A program made the position numbers and the translations under genes. The notes under the pieces were generated by a model. The model had not been told where the DNA came from and did not search any database. It was given only the letters and a program-made list of their open reading frames with translations. DNA of 64,000 nucleotides from Azolla caroliniana (lineage: Eukaryota; Plantae; Polypodiophyta). Where the stretch lies: assembly GCA_043228905.1 (NCBI GenBank), contig JBHGNT010000002.1, positions 4,588,001 to 4,652,000 of the forward strand, given 5' to 3'. Below, in pieces: positions 38,890 through 58,300 of the stretch (the first letter of the stretch is position 1; the number at the start of each line of letters is the position of its first letter).

Positions 38890-40640
38890 ACTAAGGGCAA
38901 TGTAATGAGTAAAGTAGCATGGAGCACCATAACACGGAAAAAGAAAGATGGAGGCTTGGGTCTAATCGATCTAGAAATACAGAGCATGGCACTAATGGGG
39001 AAGTTTGTTGTGAGATGCAAACTCCAAAAGAGGAAATGTGGAAAACTTTATGTTGTCGTAGATTAAATGGATGGAAACCCATAGTGTGGGTAAATGGTTG
39101 GACACACCCTGTTAGGGATTTATAAAGGAATTGAACATGAAGATTTCGCAGAGCGTGGACAATGGACTGATGCAATCGGTCATGAAGGCCTGGAAACTAT
39201 TGAGAAAATGAATTATTTGGACAGCCCCAAACTCATCCTTGGAATGGTCTCACTAGTCACTACTATGGAACCCCAACTTCAGGGATGTCAATTGTAGTAT
39301 GTTGGGATAGTCTACATGTCTACCATGGGTAGATATTGACAAAACATGGCGCTTCACATTGGCTTCTTAGTGTGAATGGAAGAACATTTTAATGCAATTG
39401 CTACATAATAAGGCAACAAAATGGGTGACTATGTTGAATGTGATCTCAAACACTATGAGATTGTATGAGGGAATAGGCGACAACATGGATGACACAATGC
39501 AGGGTATCAATGTGCAGGTTAGTTTGACACAAGAGTATGAGTTACATGAGTTCAAGCATGTGGTGCACTCTGATATACAAATATAGGTCAACGATGATGT
39601 AAACAGATCGCAAGAGGGATGCTAAAAACCTGAACGGTTAATTAGTACTAGTGGTAAAAACTGGGAAATCAACCTAAGGGCCCATAAGTTGTGTGATGCG
39701 TCTCAGGTTTGGATCCAAGAGGGGGTGGAGCTAGAGAAAGTTACCCAAGAACCTTGAATTTTTATGGGACACGAAAAAAAATTTGTTTCTGTATATAGTA
39801 AAAATTGGTCGAAATATCATTCAGCAGCATGAAATTCACATAGATGCACTTGGTAGTAAATGGAGGGAGGACAACTTAGAGGAAACTTGCATGCAGGCTT
39901 ATTGGAGAATGTTGTGGGCAACTGACTTACTTGCCTGGAAAATGCAAATCCTTTCTCTAGCTTATCAGCCATAAAGCCCTTCTAGTTGGTAAATGGCTAC
40001 AACTGAGTGACAAAGATGGCGCTTGTAGGAGCTGCAACTATGATTCAGAACCAATTAAACATTGCTTGTGGTTCTGCACATACACAAATATGATTTGGGA
40101 AATAATTATACACATTTTGGTGGCATGTGGCATGGAAGGCTCAAGTTCATTTGGTTATGATATGGTGGTCTCTACAAAAGAATGCATGGTTGTGTGGAGT
40201 GCAAGACTCCTCCTTAGCCCTCATATTCCATTGAACCCACAAGACATGGATATCAATTGGAGGCACGTAGATTCGGGGATCACAAAATATGCAAGAAGCA
40301 TGGTCAACAGTGGCATCGATCGGTCTGTGGAACATTTGGAAATTCAGATGTCTCAAATGGTACTTAGGGGAATCACACGCAGTTGCAAATCTCATCATAG
40401 CTATATGGACTGATCTAGTGGTATCCTTACCTGCAGGGAGATTCAGAGTCTCAAGAGTTGGCACAAGCACAATTTATCACACTTCAAGAAACCACACCAT
40501 TGGTGAACTGCACGTCAGGATATCCGAAATGGTGCTACCAGTTGCCTCACTGGCTACCCGCCCTGGCCAACAAATTACCCATATTGCTTTTGGTGATATC
40601 AATGTCTAGTTGTGTTCAAAAGGTTGTTAGCTATGTTTTG
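38890..40640 (+). mobile_element. Degenerate L1-type LINE, 3' part of ORF2
   Basis: KVAWSTITRKKKDGGLGLIDLE and a zf-RVT-like CRSC..EPIKHCLWFC..IW; many stops. Confidence 0.8.
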
Positions 40641-43600
40641 ATGCTTGTTGAAAAATAACAGGTTTTGTCATGCAGTTGTTTGTTGTTATATGGACAATGA
40701 TTGCCCCCCCATTTTTTATCTAAGGTGTCACACAACGATAGCCAAATATATATGAAAGTGACACGTAAATAGTGGAGTATCTATAGATACTTAGAGTGTA
40801 CATAGCCTGATCTGTATATGTGATTCGCGTAACTAATGGGAAGCAAATTTTTCTAGGAAAAAAACATATAACCTATGTTGAAGGTTAAGTTTCGATACCC
40901 AACTTTTTAAGAGGCCAAATCTTCTAGCTACCATATGATCCTCCAAATCAATAGGGCATGTTGGGGTTCATACATGAATTTGGGAAACTCAAAGGCATGC
41001 ATGGACTTTATTTGAACAACGAATAGTTAAAATGATTTGTTTGTCCATGGTAGCTATGGCAAAAGGGGGCAAAGCATGGTGATGATGATTAATAGTACTA
41101 GTTTGAGTTGAAATGCAAATGACCATGGGTATAACTTCAAATATGTAAATTTAACATCCACGTCAAACTTTAATAGGGTGAGTATCAATATCAATAGATT
41201 GACCTACTTGGTGGCAAATATTGTCAACTATATTATTAGACAATTGCATCCAAGTTCAACCATGTGTCTCTTGAATGAATCATATAAGCATAGAGTTTAT
41301 GCATATTAATGTGCATACCTTAAGCAAAGATAAACGAGTTCTCCGACACTTTTAAATATATTATTGACTGATAGGTTTAGGGATTATAAAAAATTAACCA
41401 ACAAATGCATATGTTATCAATGATGTCCATGAGTGTAGAGCAAGGACAATCTATGCCAATGATGAGGAATCGAGTAAGTAGATAGAGCTCTTCACAGTAG
41501 GTTCATTGGACATCCTGACTTTTTGTGCATTCTTGTGCATTGACTTTGCCTAATTACAACCATTGCCACTCCACATTTAGTATAGTTTGTGACAATGCAC
41601 CTAACTTGGATATGAAAGTATGATGTGACATCTCTCGTCAAAATCGATAAAAGACTTATATCATGCAATAAAGAACCAACAATCATGATCATGTGCCTTC
41701 TCAAAAATTAGTATCATTAGAGTTTTCTATTTACATTCCTGAATCAACATAATTCACAAACCTATTTGCACTTTGTTAGATTTTAAGAAGAATATCTTTC
41801 CCTACAATAAATCAATGATGCATAGGATGGTCTTTCTCTCTCTTTTTAGTTTGCACTATAAAGCGGATGAACACACAAAATATAACAAGCAATTCTTATT
41901 GAATACATGTGCAAAATAACGAGATTCTCCACACAATCCAAAGAGGAACAATTCAGTTCACCTATCATGAATTCTTAGAGAACAAGGACAAGTCATTGAC
42001 CCTCCATTGATTTGATCTAATCAATGTCCTCTCTTGTTACAAAGCAATCAAAGTAGCCTATGACATAATAAATAGAAAAATGACTAGAGGTGGTGACTAT
42101 TTACTTTAAACAAAACAATAATTTGAGATAATAATAAAAACGTTGAAAAAAGAAGATAATATATATGGCAAGATTGAAGAAGCATATGAGCATAGCACCT
42201 CTATAATATTTGACAAGTGCATTTGTAAGCACTTATGTCTTACTAGCTTGTCGAGAGTGGGTAAAGTGATAAATTCAAACTTTCCGATTTGATAATGAAC
42301 AGAATCGTTTCAGTTGTCTAACAACATCTTCTTTATGAATATATTTAAAGAATCAATTATATGTATGACTAACTCGTTGGTGGCTATCAAAATTTGGAAC
42401 AAACGAATTCAAGTTCAATATTTCGTTACAATTGTCCTAAGTTCACATGACAATTAGGACAAACATGGGATTCATTCTTGCGAAACCCTTTTTCTATGTG
42501 AATTCATTCTTTTATTTAGAAATACAAAACAAAACTATTGCTGCCCCTTACTCTCTTTTTCTCTCAAAAGTGATGGAGGAACCCCAATCCACGTAAAATT
42601 TTGATATGTCAACTAGAGCATCAAAAGAGGATATCTCTCTCTACATAAACTCATGTTAGCCAATGCAAACCTTCCATATCATGCTCCTCTCTTGTTGCCA
42701 AAACATCGGGACATCGGGACATCGAGGTTGACAATGAATAAAGAGTTCATGTTTTTTTCTCTAATACCACTACAATAGCATTTATGCCATAGTAAGGCTT
42801 ATCCTAGACATGTTTACAATTCTTTGAAGAATCGTTGCAATTTTCACATATATGTTCTTGTAGGACAATTTTACTAAATCCAAGAACGTCTCATGCCCAA
42901 TCATATTCGACCATGGTAAAAGATTAATCTGTTGTTACTGATAGTTTTGAGAACTGTATTAGAAAAGTTATTGTAAAGCCTATATTTCATGAGGAAAATG
43001 CTTTCGTTTTTTCTATTATTTATTAAAAATAACTAGGTGCTTCATAATAAACAAACAAAGTAAGCCTATTTTAATGCTTGTGCATCTTGGCAACCATGCA
43101 AAAATGATTTGCCTACAAAATCCTATCTTTTGTTCAATAGTTTACACATGAATTCATAATTCATTAGTACATAAACTCACGATGTACAACCTGCCACATC
43201 CATCACATCACTCTTAGTTGTAAACTACTCTTTCCTCCTTCAAAAGAAAGGTTAGGACACTAGTATACGTGGCCGCGACCACAACAAGAAGCTCAAGAGG
43301 AGAGGATTAGGACACAACTAGTGAGTGCGCGATGGAAAGTTCAACCTTCTACGACAATTACAAAGAGCGAGTGTTGAGTACAACTGGCACAAGCACGCAC
43401 ACACAGGTACACACACTATAGAGTGTGAGCTTTAGTGCATTGCAATACAACGACACAACATACATGCGAGCATGTTGGACCCACCCCCAACACACACACA
43501 CACACACAAGCAACAACAATAGCTATTGTGAAGCACGACAAGACACAATCTTAGAGTGCAAGGGCCTAGGCAATACAATGTAAAAGAGAAAAAGACAAGA

Positions 43601-43889
43601 ATGTGCACATAGGCACACACACACACACACAACATACGCAAGAACAATAGAAGTGAGCGAGTGTTCATGGCAACACGATGCAAAACACATGGGCAAGAAC
43701 AAGAGAGAGAGAGAGAGAGTGTGTGTGTGTGTGTGTGTTAGTGCCAACACTCTGCAACACACAACATGAGCAATCACACACGCACACACACACGCACAAT
43801 AACAACAATGGAGAGAGCGAGTGGTAGCGCTGACACGATGCAATGGAGAGTTCATGATAGAGACACCCAAGCAATGAGAGAGAGAGAGA

Positions 43890-44430
43890 GAGACCAATGG
43901 AGACTGGGAGGTCTTGGGTTCAACCCCTACTTTTCCAAAATGGCATTTATTGAAATTAAGAGTTATGTATGAAATAATTGAGAGTAATTGAGAGAGTGAG
44001 CCCAGTGGAGATTGAGAGGTCATTGGTTCAACCCCTGCATTTCCACAATGGCATCTATTGAATTTAAGAGATATTGTGGTGTGCATGTGTTCCTTTGTGC
44101 CCCTTTTAGCATACCCTTGTTAGGACGCATGTAGCTAAGTAAAGCCAACCCAAATGGGTACCTTTGTACGACTATAAATTGAATAGGAAGTAAGAAGCTA
44201 AGTAGACTGGTTTTGATCTCTTATGTGCATTTCACAATATGTATGAAATAATAGAGAGTAATTGAAAATTGGGTTTTGAATCTAAGATATAATGTTAGTG
44301 GTGTAACAACTTACCATTAGGGTAAGCTAATCACAATAAAAATAAAAGACCTAAGATTGTTTGATGGAGATCAGGAGGTCATGGGTTCAACCCCTACATT
44401 CCACAATGGCACCTGGTAGTAAATTAAGAG
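43890..44430 (+). repeat. Three ~70-bp repeats containing a tRNA B-box-like motif (SINE-like)
   Basis: TGGAGA...GAGGTCwTkGGTTCAACCCCT..TTCCAmAATGGCA...TTAAGAG at ~43898, ~44007 and ~44365. Confidence 0.6.
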
Positions 44431-44439
44431 ATATGTAAT

Positions 44440-44990
44440 CCACGTTCCATTGGCTATTAATACATTGGTCACTACTGATTGGAGTGTGGGATCCTTAGCT
44501 CCCATAATTGTGTAGTGTGCCCAAATGTAACAGAGTCAAACCGACATGCTTCGTGGGACTGCTCAGAGATCCATCGAATACGGCAGGGGGTTGGTCGCCT
44601 ATTGCAATTATGCCAAATGCATGACACAATCAAAGTGGGGGAAATCTATGTTGGTTATCATGGCAGGCCCTAGTTGACAAGTATGAACATCAGGTGGAGG
44701 GGATGACGATGTTAATAAAGGCACAAGGGATTTTGTTTTCCATCGTCGACATATATTCACTCAAATCCTATTAATGTGAAAGCAAGTTGTGCCGGAATTG
44801 GTCAGCCCAATAACTCTTTTGGATTCTCTGGAAACAACGATGTAGAAAGGTCTTTTCCAAATCAAACCGTGCATCGAGCAATGTTATTCGTGCAGGAGAT
44901 ACAGAGTGACATTTGTAGCCACTCTAAAGAGACAATACGATGGCCTCACGGGTGGATCCAATGGATTTGTATATAACATTCTCGTCTGTA
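44440..44990 (+). mobile_element. Degenerate L1-type LINE 3' fragment
   Basis: zf-RVT-like CVVCPNVTESNRHASWDC, followed by a T-run. Confidence 0.5.
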
Positions 44991-45077
44991 AAATTTTAAA
45001 ATTTTAAAACTAATCGAAGCGGAGTTTTTTTTTCTCGGAAAGAAAAACATGTGTAATAGACTAAAGACACCTGCCAC

Positions 45078-45108
<31 letters not shown>

Positions 45109-45754
45109 ATTCATCAATTCTCTCTCATTCATCAATTCTCTCATGGGCCAAATTTTGGCCTTAGAAGACGGTAATATATCTTTCTCTCTCTCTCTCTCTC
45201 ATTCATCTAAAGTCTCCTGGAGGCCACCTGGTGAACCGGTCAACCTTGGCTTGGAGATGACCGCCTACAGTCGGTCATCCCCCCTGCCCCTGTTCCCAAA
45301 ACAAACCATAGCCATGGATTATTAGCTTTAGAAGAAATCCCTGGAATTCCATACCCTCTTTTGCTTTGAATCAGAACTCTCTTCAATCAATCAATCAATC
45401 ACACCAGCAGAGGCTTTAGATCTTCCATACACACACCACAGTCTTTTCTCTTTGTGTCCCCTCAATTCCCCTGCTTTGCCTTCCCTCTGTGTATTCCAAT
45501 GTCTGATCCAAAGGATTAGGTTTGCATGATTTCACAGAGTTAGCTCTGGTTTTTAGGGTTTGAACGTAAGAACTAGGTTTTAAGGTTTACAGTTTCTGGA
45601 TTGAGAGAATTAGGTTTCAAAATTTCATGCGGCATATATACCTTTGATTGAAGACTCGCCTGTGGATCTCTCTTGTACATACATACATACATACACACAG
45701 ACACACATACACATACACATACACATGAACCCTTTGCAAGAGAGTTAAAAGAGA

Positions 45755-52536
<6,782 letters not shown>

Positions 52537-53624
52537 CATTGGTTTTATATTCTATACCAATGGGAAATATAGGTGAATGTCACGATGGTCAACTGTCTGC
52601 CATCAACGGAGCAAGTACGACACTACTTCATCCACCTTTCTTACAACTCTTCCAAAGGGGAGAATATTGGATTTCTTCTATTACATATTCATATTTAGAA
52701 CCATTGAGAATCAAGATAAATATTTCCTGATAGACAATCCATGTACACATTGATAACTAAATCCCCCACACAAATCTTCATAAAAATCTAGCCAGTGTGG
52801 CCCTACATATTTGTCTTGAGAAATATTCAATGTCTTCCCCCATTAAAGTGGCGATTGGGCCAATCCAGCATTATTGTTGAGCAGTAACAAATACCATTAT
52901 ATTGGATCAAGTATTACCTTTTTCTAATTAATATATTCAAACGTAAATAAAGACTACACAGATCATTAACATCAAAATTCATGTAATTTTCCTGCATCAA
53001 TAATAGGGAGATTGACTAGATAAAGAGTGAACGCCCAAGGTTCAAGTTTGCACCATGTCATTCTCATTCCTCATCCATGGTGAATTTATGATATGAATTA
53101 CTATGCCTATACCTGATGGAACGATAACTACTTTTGCACTTTTTTCTAAGAGTAATTTTGTCTAAATATAGTGTTGTTTTTGGGTGCAAAGATCTTGATA
53201 TTGTATGCCCTCTTCGGTAATGCTCAAATTCTATATACATTATCTCGAATGTATGTGAATATTGATTGCTTGACTAACATAGGAAGTTTTCAATATTGCA
53301 AGCGGTAGACGCTTGCTCTAATTTTATGTGGTTCTTTATTTGGAATATTGAACTAAAAGTAGTAAAACATCTCAACATAATTAGATTATTGCAATGAACT
53401 CCATATTCCTGAACTTTATATTTGTGGCCTTGGGCAAGTTCAATATATTTTTCCTAATTGTTGGACATCATGTTCACTATTGACCATCTGGTTTTGTAAG
53501 AATGTCATGATATATGATTATAATTTATATCATATATCATATAACAAGAGGGCTTTGACAATAAAAAGGAGATATTTTACTTCACATTAAAAAGTAGACT
53601 TAGACTAATAATATTATTATAATG

Positions 53625-54155
53625 GATGTAAAACTTTTAAAATTTTGTTTTATTTTTAATAAAATAACAAATAATAAATAATAAATAAAAGGTTCATTAA
53701 TTCCCCACTTTTTACTCTCCCACAAAATTTGATATTTTATGTCTCATTAAAAATAGAACCTCGTCCCAATAATATATTTTTATAATAGATATACAACTTA
53801 AAAGGATTTGTTTTATTTTTCATAAAACTATAAATAAATAAAAATAAGTAAATAAATAAAAGGTTCATTGATTTCCCACTTTTTACACAAAATTTGATAT
53901 TTTTATTTGACATTAAAAATGGGACCTCGCAGTAATAACATTTTTATAATTGATTTAAAACTTAAAAGTATTTGTTTTATTTTTAATAAAAAAATAAATA
54001 ATAAATAAAAGGTTCATTAATTCCCCGACTGTTTACTCTCCTACAAAATTGATAAAAAATTTATCTGACATTAAAAAGGGAACCTCACACTAATAATACA
54101 TATATATAAATATTTTTTTTTAAAATAATAAATAATAAATAAATAAACGAATGGT
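53625..54155. repeat. AT-rich ~165-bp tandem repeat (about 3.3 units) between the convergent CPK and SEC24 genes
   Basis: AAATAAAAGGTTCATT..TTCCC..ACAAAATT..CATTAAAA..ACCTC recurs three times. Confidence 0.85.
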
Positions 54156-55377
54156 TCTGTAATATTCTTGGGGTCATTTTGTATTCTAGAGTATTACGAA
54201 TATTAAGGAATGGAGAATAACACAAATATCATGCATTGGCCAATCTATGCTTTCATTTATATTTTAATTCATTTTGATCAATTGCTCAACAATTGCTTAC
54301 ATACTAATCAAGTCAGCATTTGCTTGACAATGACATCTTTCCCAAGTGATCACTGGCTTAACAATGATCATTCACTTGTAATAAACTAATCTTTCAAATT
54401 TTGATGAATTGCAGAAGACAACATTTCACAGTTTTAACAAAAAAATAGATTCACATGCTCCTCTCATCCTAAATCATGTTTTATTTTGGGGGGCATCCAT
54501 GCTTAGTTCCATGCCAAAGATCAGAGATACCTGGTATGTCTACCTTAACTATGGATGATCACAATGTTAAATATTTTTAACCTACTCTTTGGGGCCCTTC
54601 ATTCCAATCTTGGTTGATGAGGAGTCTTATTATTCGTCCAATACGTTCATGTATCCACTCAACAATGCATGAAGATCAATAATACCTTTCCACATGTTAG
54701 ATGGGGTAGGATAAAACTTGAAATGCCTAAACATGTCTATTTCACTCTGCTATCAGTACGGTTGACTATGTTCCCGCCACTCTATAAAAAAACAGAAACC
54801 ATGGTGGTAAACTTTTCTCAAGCAGCAAGAACGAAACCTTTAAATGTAGGGTGTCAAGCAAGCTTATGCTTAAGCTCCATTCTCAACATTGCTCAGGGTT
54901 AACCTCATTCCACGTCAAAGACAGACAAATATGTTTAATGGATGCTGAAATGAGCCTATTGACAGTCATTGTCCATAAGCAAAAGGTAATTTTATCACCA
55001 GTGTCCAAGAGAAAAATGTGGAAATAAATGTAGCGTTTTCATCACTCTATACTGGATTGTGAAGAATTCAGTATAGTATGAACAATCAATAAATAAAATC
55101 CCTCAAGAGCATATATGATGATATCATTACATGTGTGTGTGTGTGTGTGTTTCTGTTACAAACAAGACATCATATCATTTTACTACTTCCCAATGGTTTT
55201 CGGGTACCTAAATCCTCAAATAGTGCAGAAGCAGATGAAAAAGGAGCCGCAAAAAATTACACGTTTGGATGCATAAAAGAAGTGCTTTACCTGCTAGGAA
55301 GAAAATGCATTTTTCATACATACTACATAAAAACAGATTGATAGATATATATTTAAAAAGCCACCCTCCCAATGTAT

Positions 55378-58300
55378 TTAGGTTGATTTTGTTTGTATTT
55401 GCCGATGAACGTAAACAAGATATTCCACATAAGACAAGCCCAAAGCATTCTTATCCTCCACAAGCAACGAAAGGAACAAGAACTCTGCAAAAAAAGGAAC
55501 TTAGGTTCAGCACAAATATGGCTCAAAATATCAATCTAGGTTCAACACAAATATGGCTCTTCTGCATGTATACTTATTTCTTTTTCTATGTTATGATTTG
55601 AAAGAGAGAAAATTCTTTATATAGGTAATGCAGAAAGATGTGTATACCTAGCGGATCTCCTCTTCGGCACCACCAGAACCTGAACCAAAACACATGTTAA
55701 GCACAGAAACAAGAAATTTCCTAACATCTTTCTAAATTGCTTCAAAATCCAACTACCTTTTTTAAAATCTTTCTAAAAGCTTCAAAAACAGGTATGTTCC
55801 CCTTCTGAATGTTTCTATCAGAAAGTTTAGGGGGCTTACCTCAAGTAAGAACAGCGCTCTTTTCGTATCTCATTGACCAAAGCAATTAGCTTTCGGGAGG
55901 CATCATTGTCATATTCTTCCAATACAAACTGCAAAAGAAATAATATTCTTTACTACATGGAATACAATCAACACACGCTATTGTTAGCACAATGTTATTC
56001 TGATATATCACCAGCTACAAGTAAATATAAGAACAGAAAATGTTGCATCTGACATTACAGAATTCTCACTCACAACTTAATTTGTGTGCATATGAAGACA
56101 AGCGATACCATTTTTACAACCAAGTAGAAGTTGTATGCATATATGATAAAACTATTAAGTTAGTAGATTCAGTGCAGTCAATCGAGAAGATGTTTCTGGC
56201 ATGTATTCATCTAACATCATGCACCATACAACTTCCAACAACTGACCTGTTTTCCTTGCATCTCATTGACTGAACGCACACCAAAGAGTTGGAAAAGTAT
56301 GTCAGATGAAACTGCTCTTCCTGGAAAAATAAAGGCATCCTCGCCTGTTTCAAGAAGATAGATGCCCTCATGGCTCAGATTCTCACTTGACAGGTATAGA
56401 GCCTCAGGAATTGTTCCATCTCCAATAGTCTAACAATCAAACCAAAGGTATCAATGAGTCAGGATGATGATTTGAATAGTATATATCATTAGAAAAGAAT
56501 GGGAAAGACCTTAGTTGAGAGATCATGTATGGAGAACATCCGTGGATATACTGTGGGTATAGAAAGTGACATTGAGATTGATAACACGTGTGATAACCAG
56601 TAGCATCGATCATCGGTTCTTGCATCAGGACGGAGCCCTATACTCTTTATTAATGCTACAAAAACAACATATATGAGTATTGACAACTACTTAGCAATTA
56701 TTTTATGTGGCTTATATCATACCTAACGTGTAAAGTGGCAAAAGTTTGAGAGCTTCTGGAAGTATGAGTTGCCCAGATGATGAAGCTGTCGCACAAAACT
56801 TTCGATAAGTGTACAGTATATTTACGCATGAATTTGTCATCTTTTCCCTTAGCTGAACAAGGGGTGTCGTCGAAGCTTCTTGTGCAGCTACAAAGGTTAT
56901 AAGCTGTTAAGGATTTATGCATGATTCACAATAAAATGTAGAACTTGTAGATATTTATCACCCAATAGAAAGGTTTTAAAATCGCTTCCAGAACATGCAT
57001 TATTTATTACCCTGCTTCAAGAAATAAGTGAATTGTGCATCTAAATCAGCTCCACGAAAGACACTACTTAGCACAGTTGTGCATGGAACAGAGAGTGTTG
57101 TAACACGGATCCGTCTTTGACCATCAATAGTTGTGTAAAGCAACGCACACTGAGAGTGAAGTGCCAACAAATGAGATCAAAACCTTGGAAATAAGAAACT
57201 ATAATCTGTTCATAGCTCTACACTTAACATCTTCTGTGGCTACTTTTAACCTTCTTATACCCTTAAATGTAAGAGCTTTGATGCTCCAAAATATGAAGCT
57301 TACATATAGAAATTCATTTTCTCCTAAAATACCTGGAAGCAGCACTCAGAGCCATCTTGAAATTTCTCATCATGCTTGAAAGTAACCATGATAGTTTTGT
57401 CACAATCGATCTGAAACAATGCTATGTGAAGACAGGTAACAGAAAATAGAGAAGCAAGTAAACAGCCAATAAAGGTAATCTAAAACATACTGCAGGTAGA
57501 TCCAAATCAGTCGGGGTTCCTTTATGGAAATTTCCAAAATAGTCTTGGACTTGTAATCCCTGTGTATAAACAAATAATAGTAATAACAAAAATTTGATAA
57601 CTTCTTTCAAGGTGACCTGAAAGCCATAACATTGGTATTTCGAACTTAGTACCTGGCTACACCGAACTCTCATCACTGCCTCCAGACCCTGTGGTCTTGT
57701 AAGGTTCCATCTTAAATCATTATATAGCTTTGCGGAATCAGATGTTGCAGAAAATGGATGGTAGTAGTAAATCTACACATACGCCCCAACCAAAGGTTGT
57801 CAAAACAAATTGGAAAGTAGAAAGGTACCACTTTAGAAACTTCAAAAATTAAGTACCTGTCCACCAGTCGTTGCAGGAACAACGGCGAGTGACGCAATGT
57901 CCACATATTCTTGTGTTGTTAGGAATAAATCACAACATACCTGATTTTTAAAAAGCAAATTTAATGAATGATAATCTCAATGAGGTTGCTGCCTAGAAAA
58001 AAAATAGTCTACCTGAAACTCTGCAAGCTCTATTGCCAATGTCTTCAATGTCTTGTCAACTGGTTGCCAAAGCTTATTTTGGTCCTGCACCACACAACAA
58101 TTACAGAATTCATTGTAATAAAAACAAAAAATATATTATCAGCTTCCCTTAATGTTTTGAATCTTTTGTTACCTTACTGAAAAATGTAGTAAATAGCATT
58201 ATCACCCAACATGTCTAATCATTTATTGATGATATTCGACTTTTTATAAACATTAATATCACAAATACCCACAGTAAAGAATTTTCACTCTTTCCATGCT

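Noticed and set aside
43432-44086. Cys/Val-rich ORFs as metal-binding proteins
   Set aside because: They are translations of (CA)n/(GT)n/(GA)n microsatellites.
52711-52787. Alternative SEC24 last exon (FYEDLCGGFSY..) overlapping the CPK 3' region
   Set aside because: A far better terminal exon exists at 55484-55378 (LVEDKNALGLSYVEYLVYVHRQIQ); the resemblance is probably chance.
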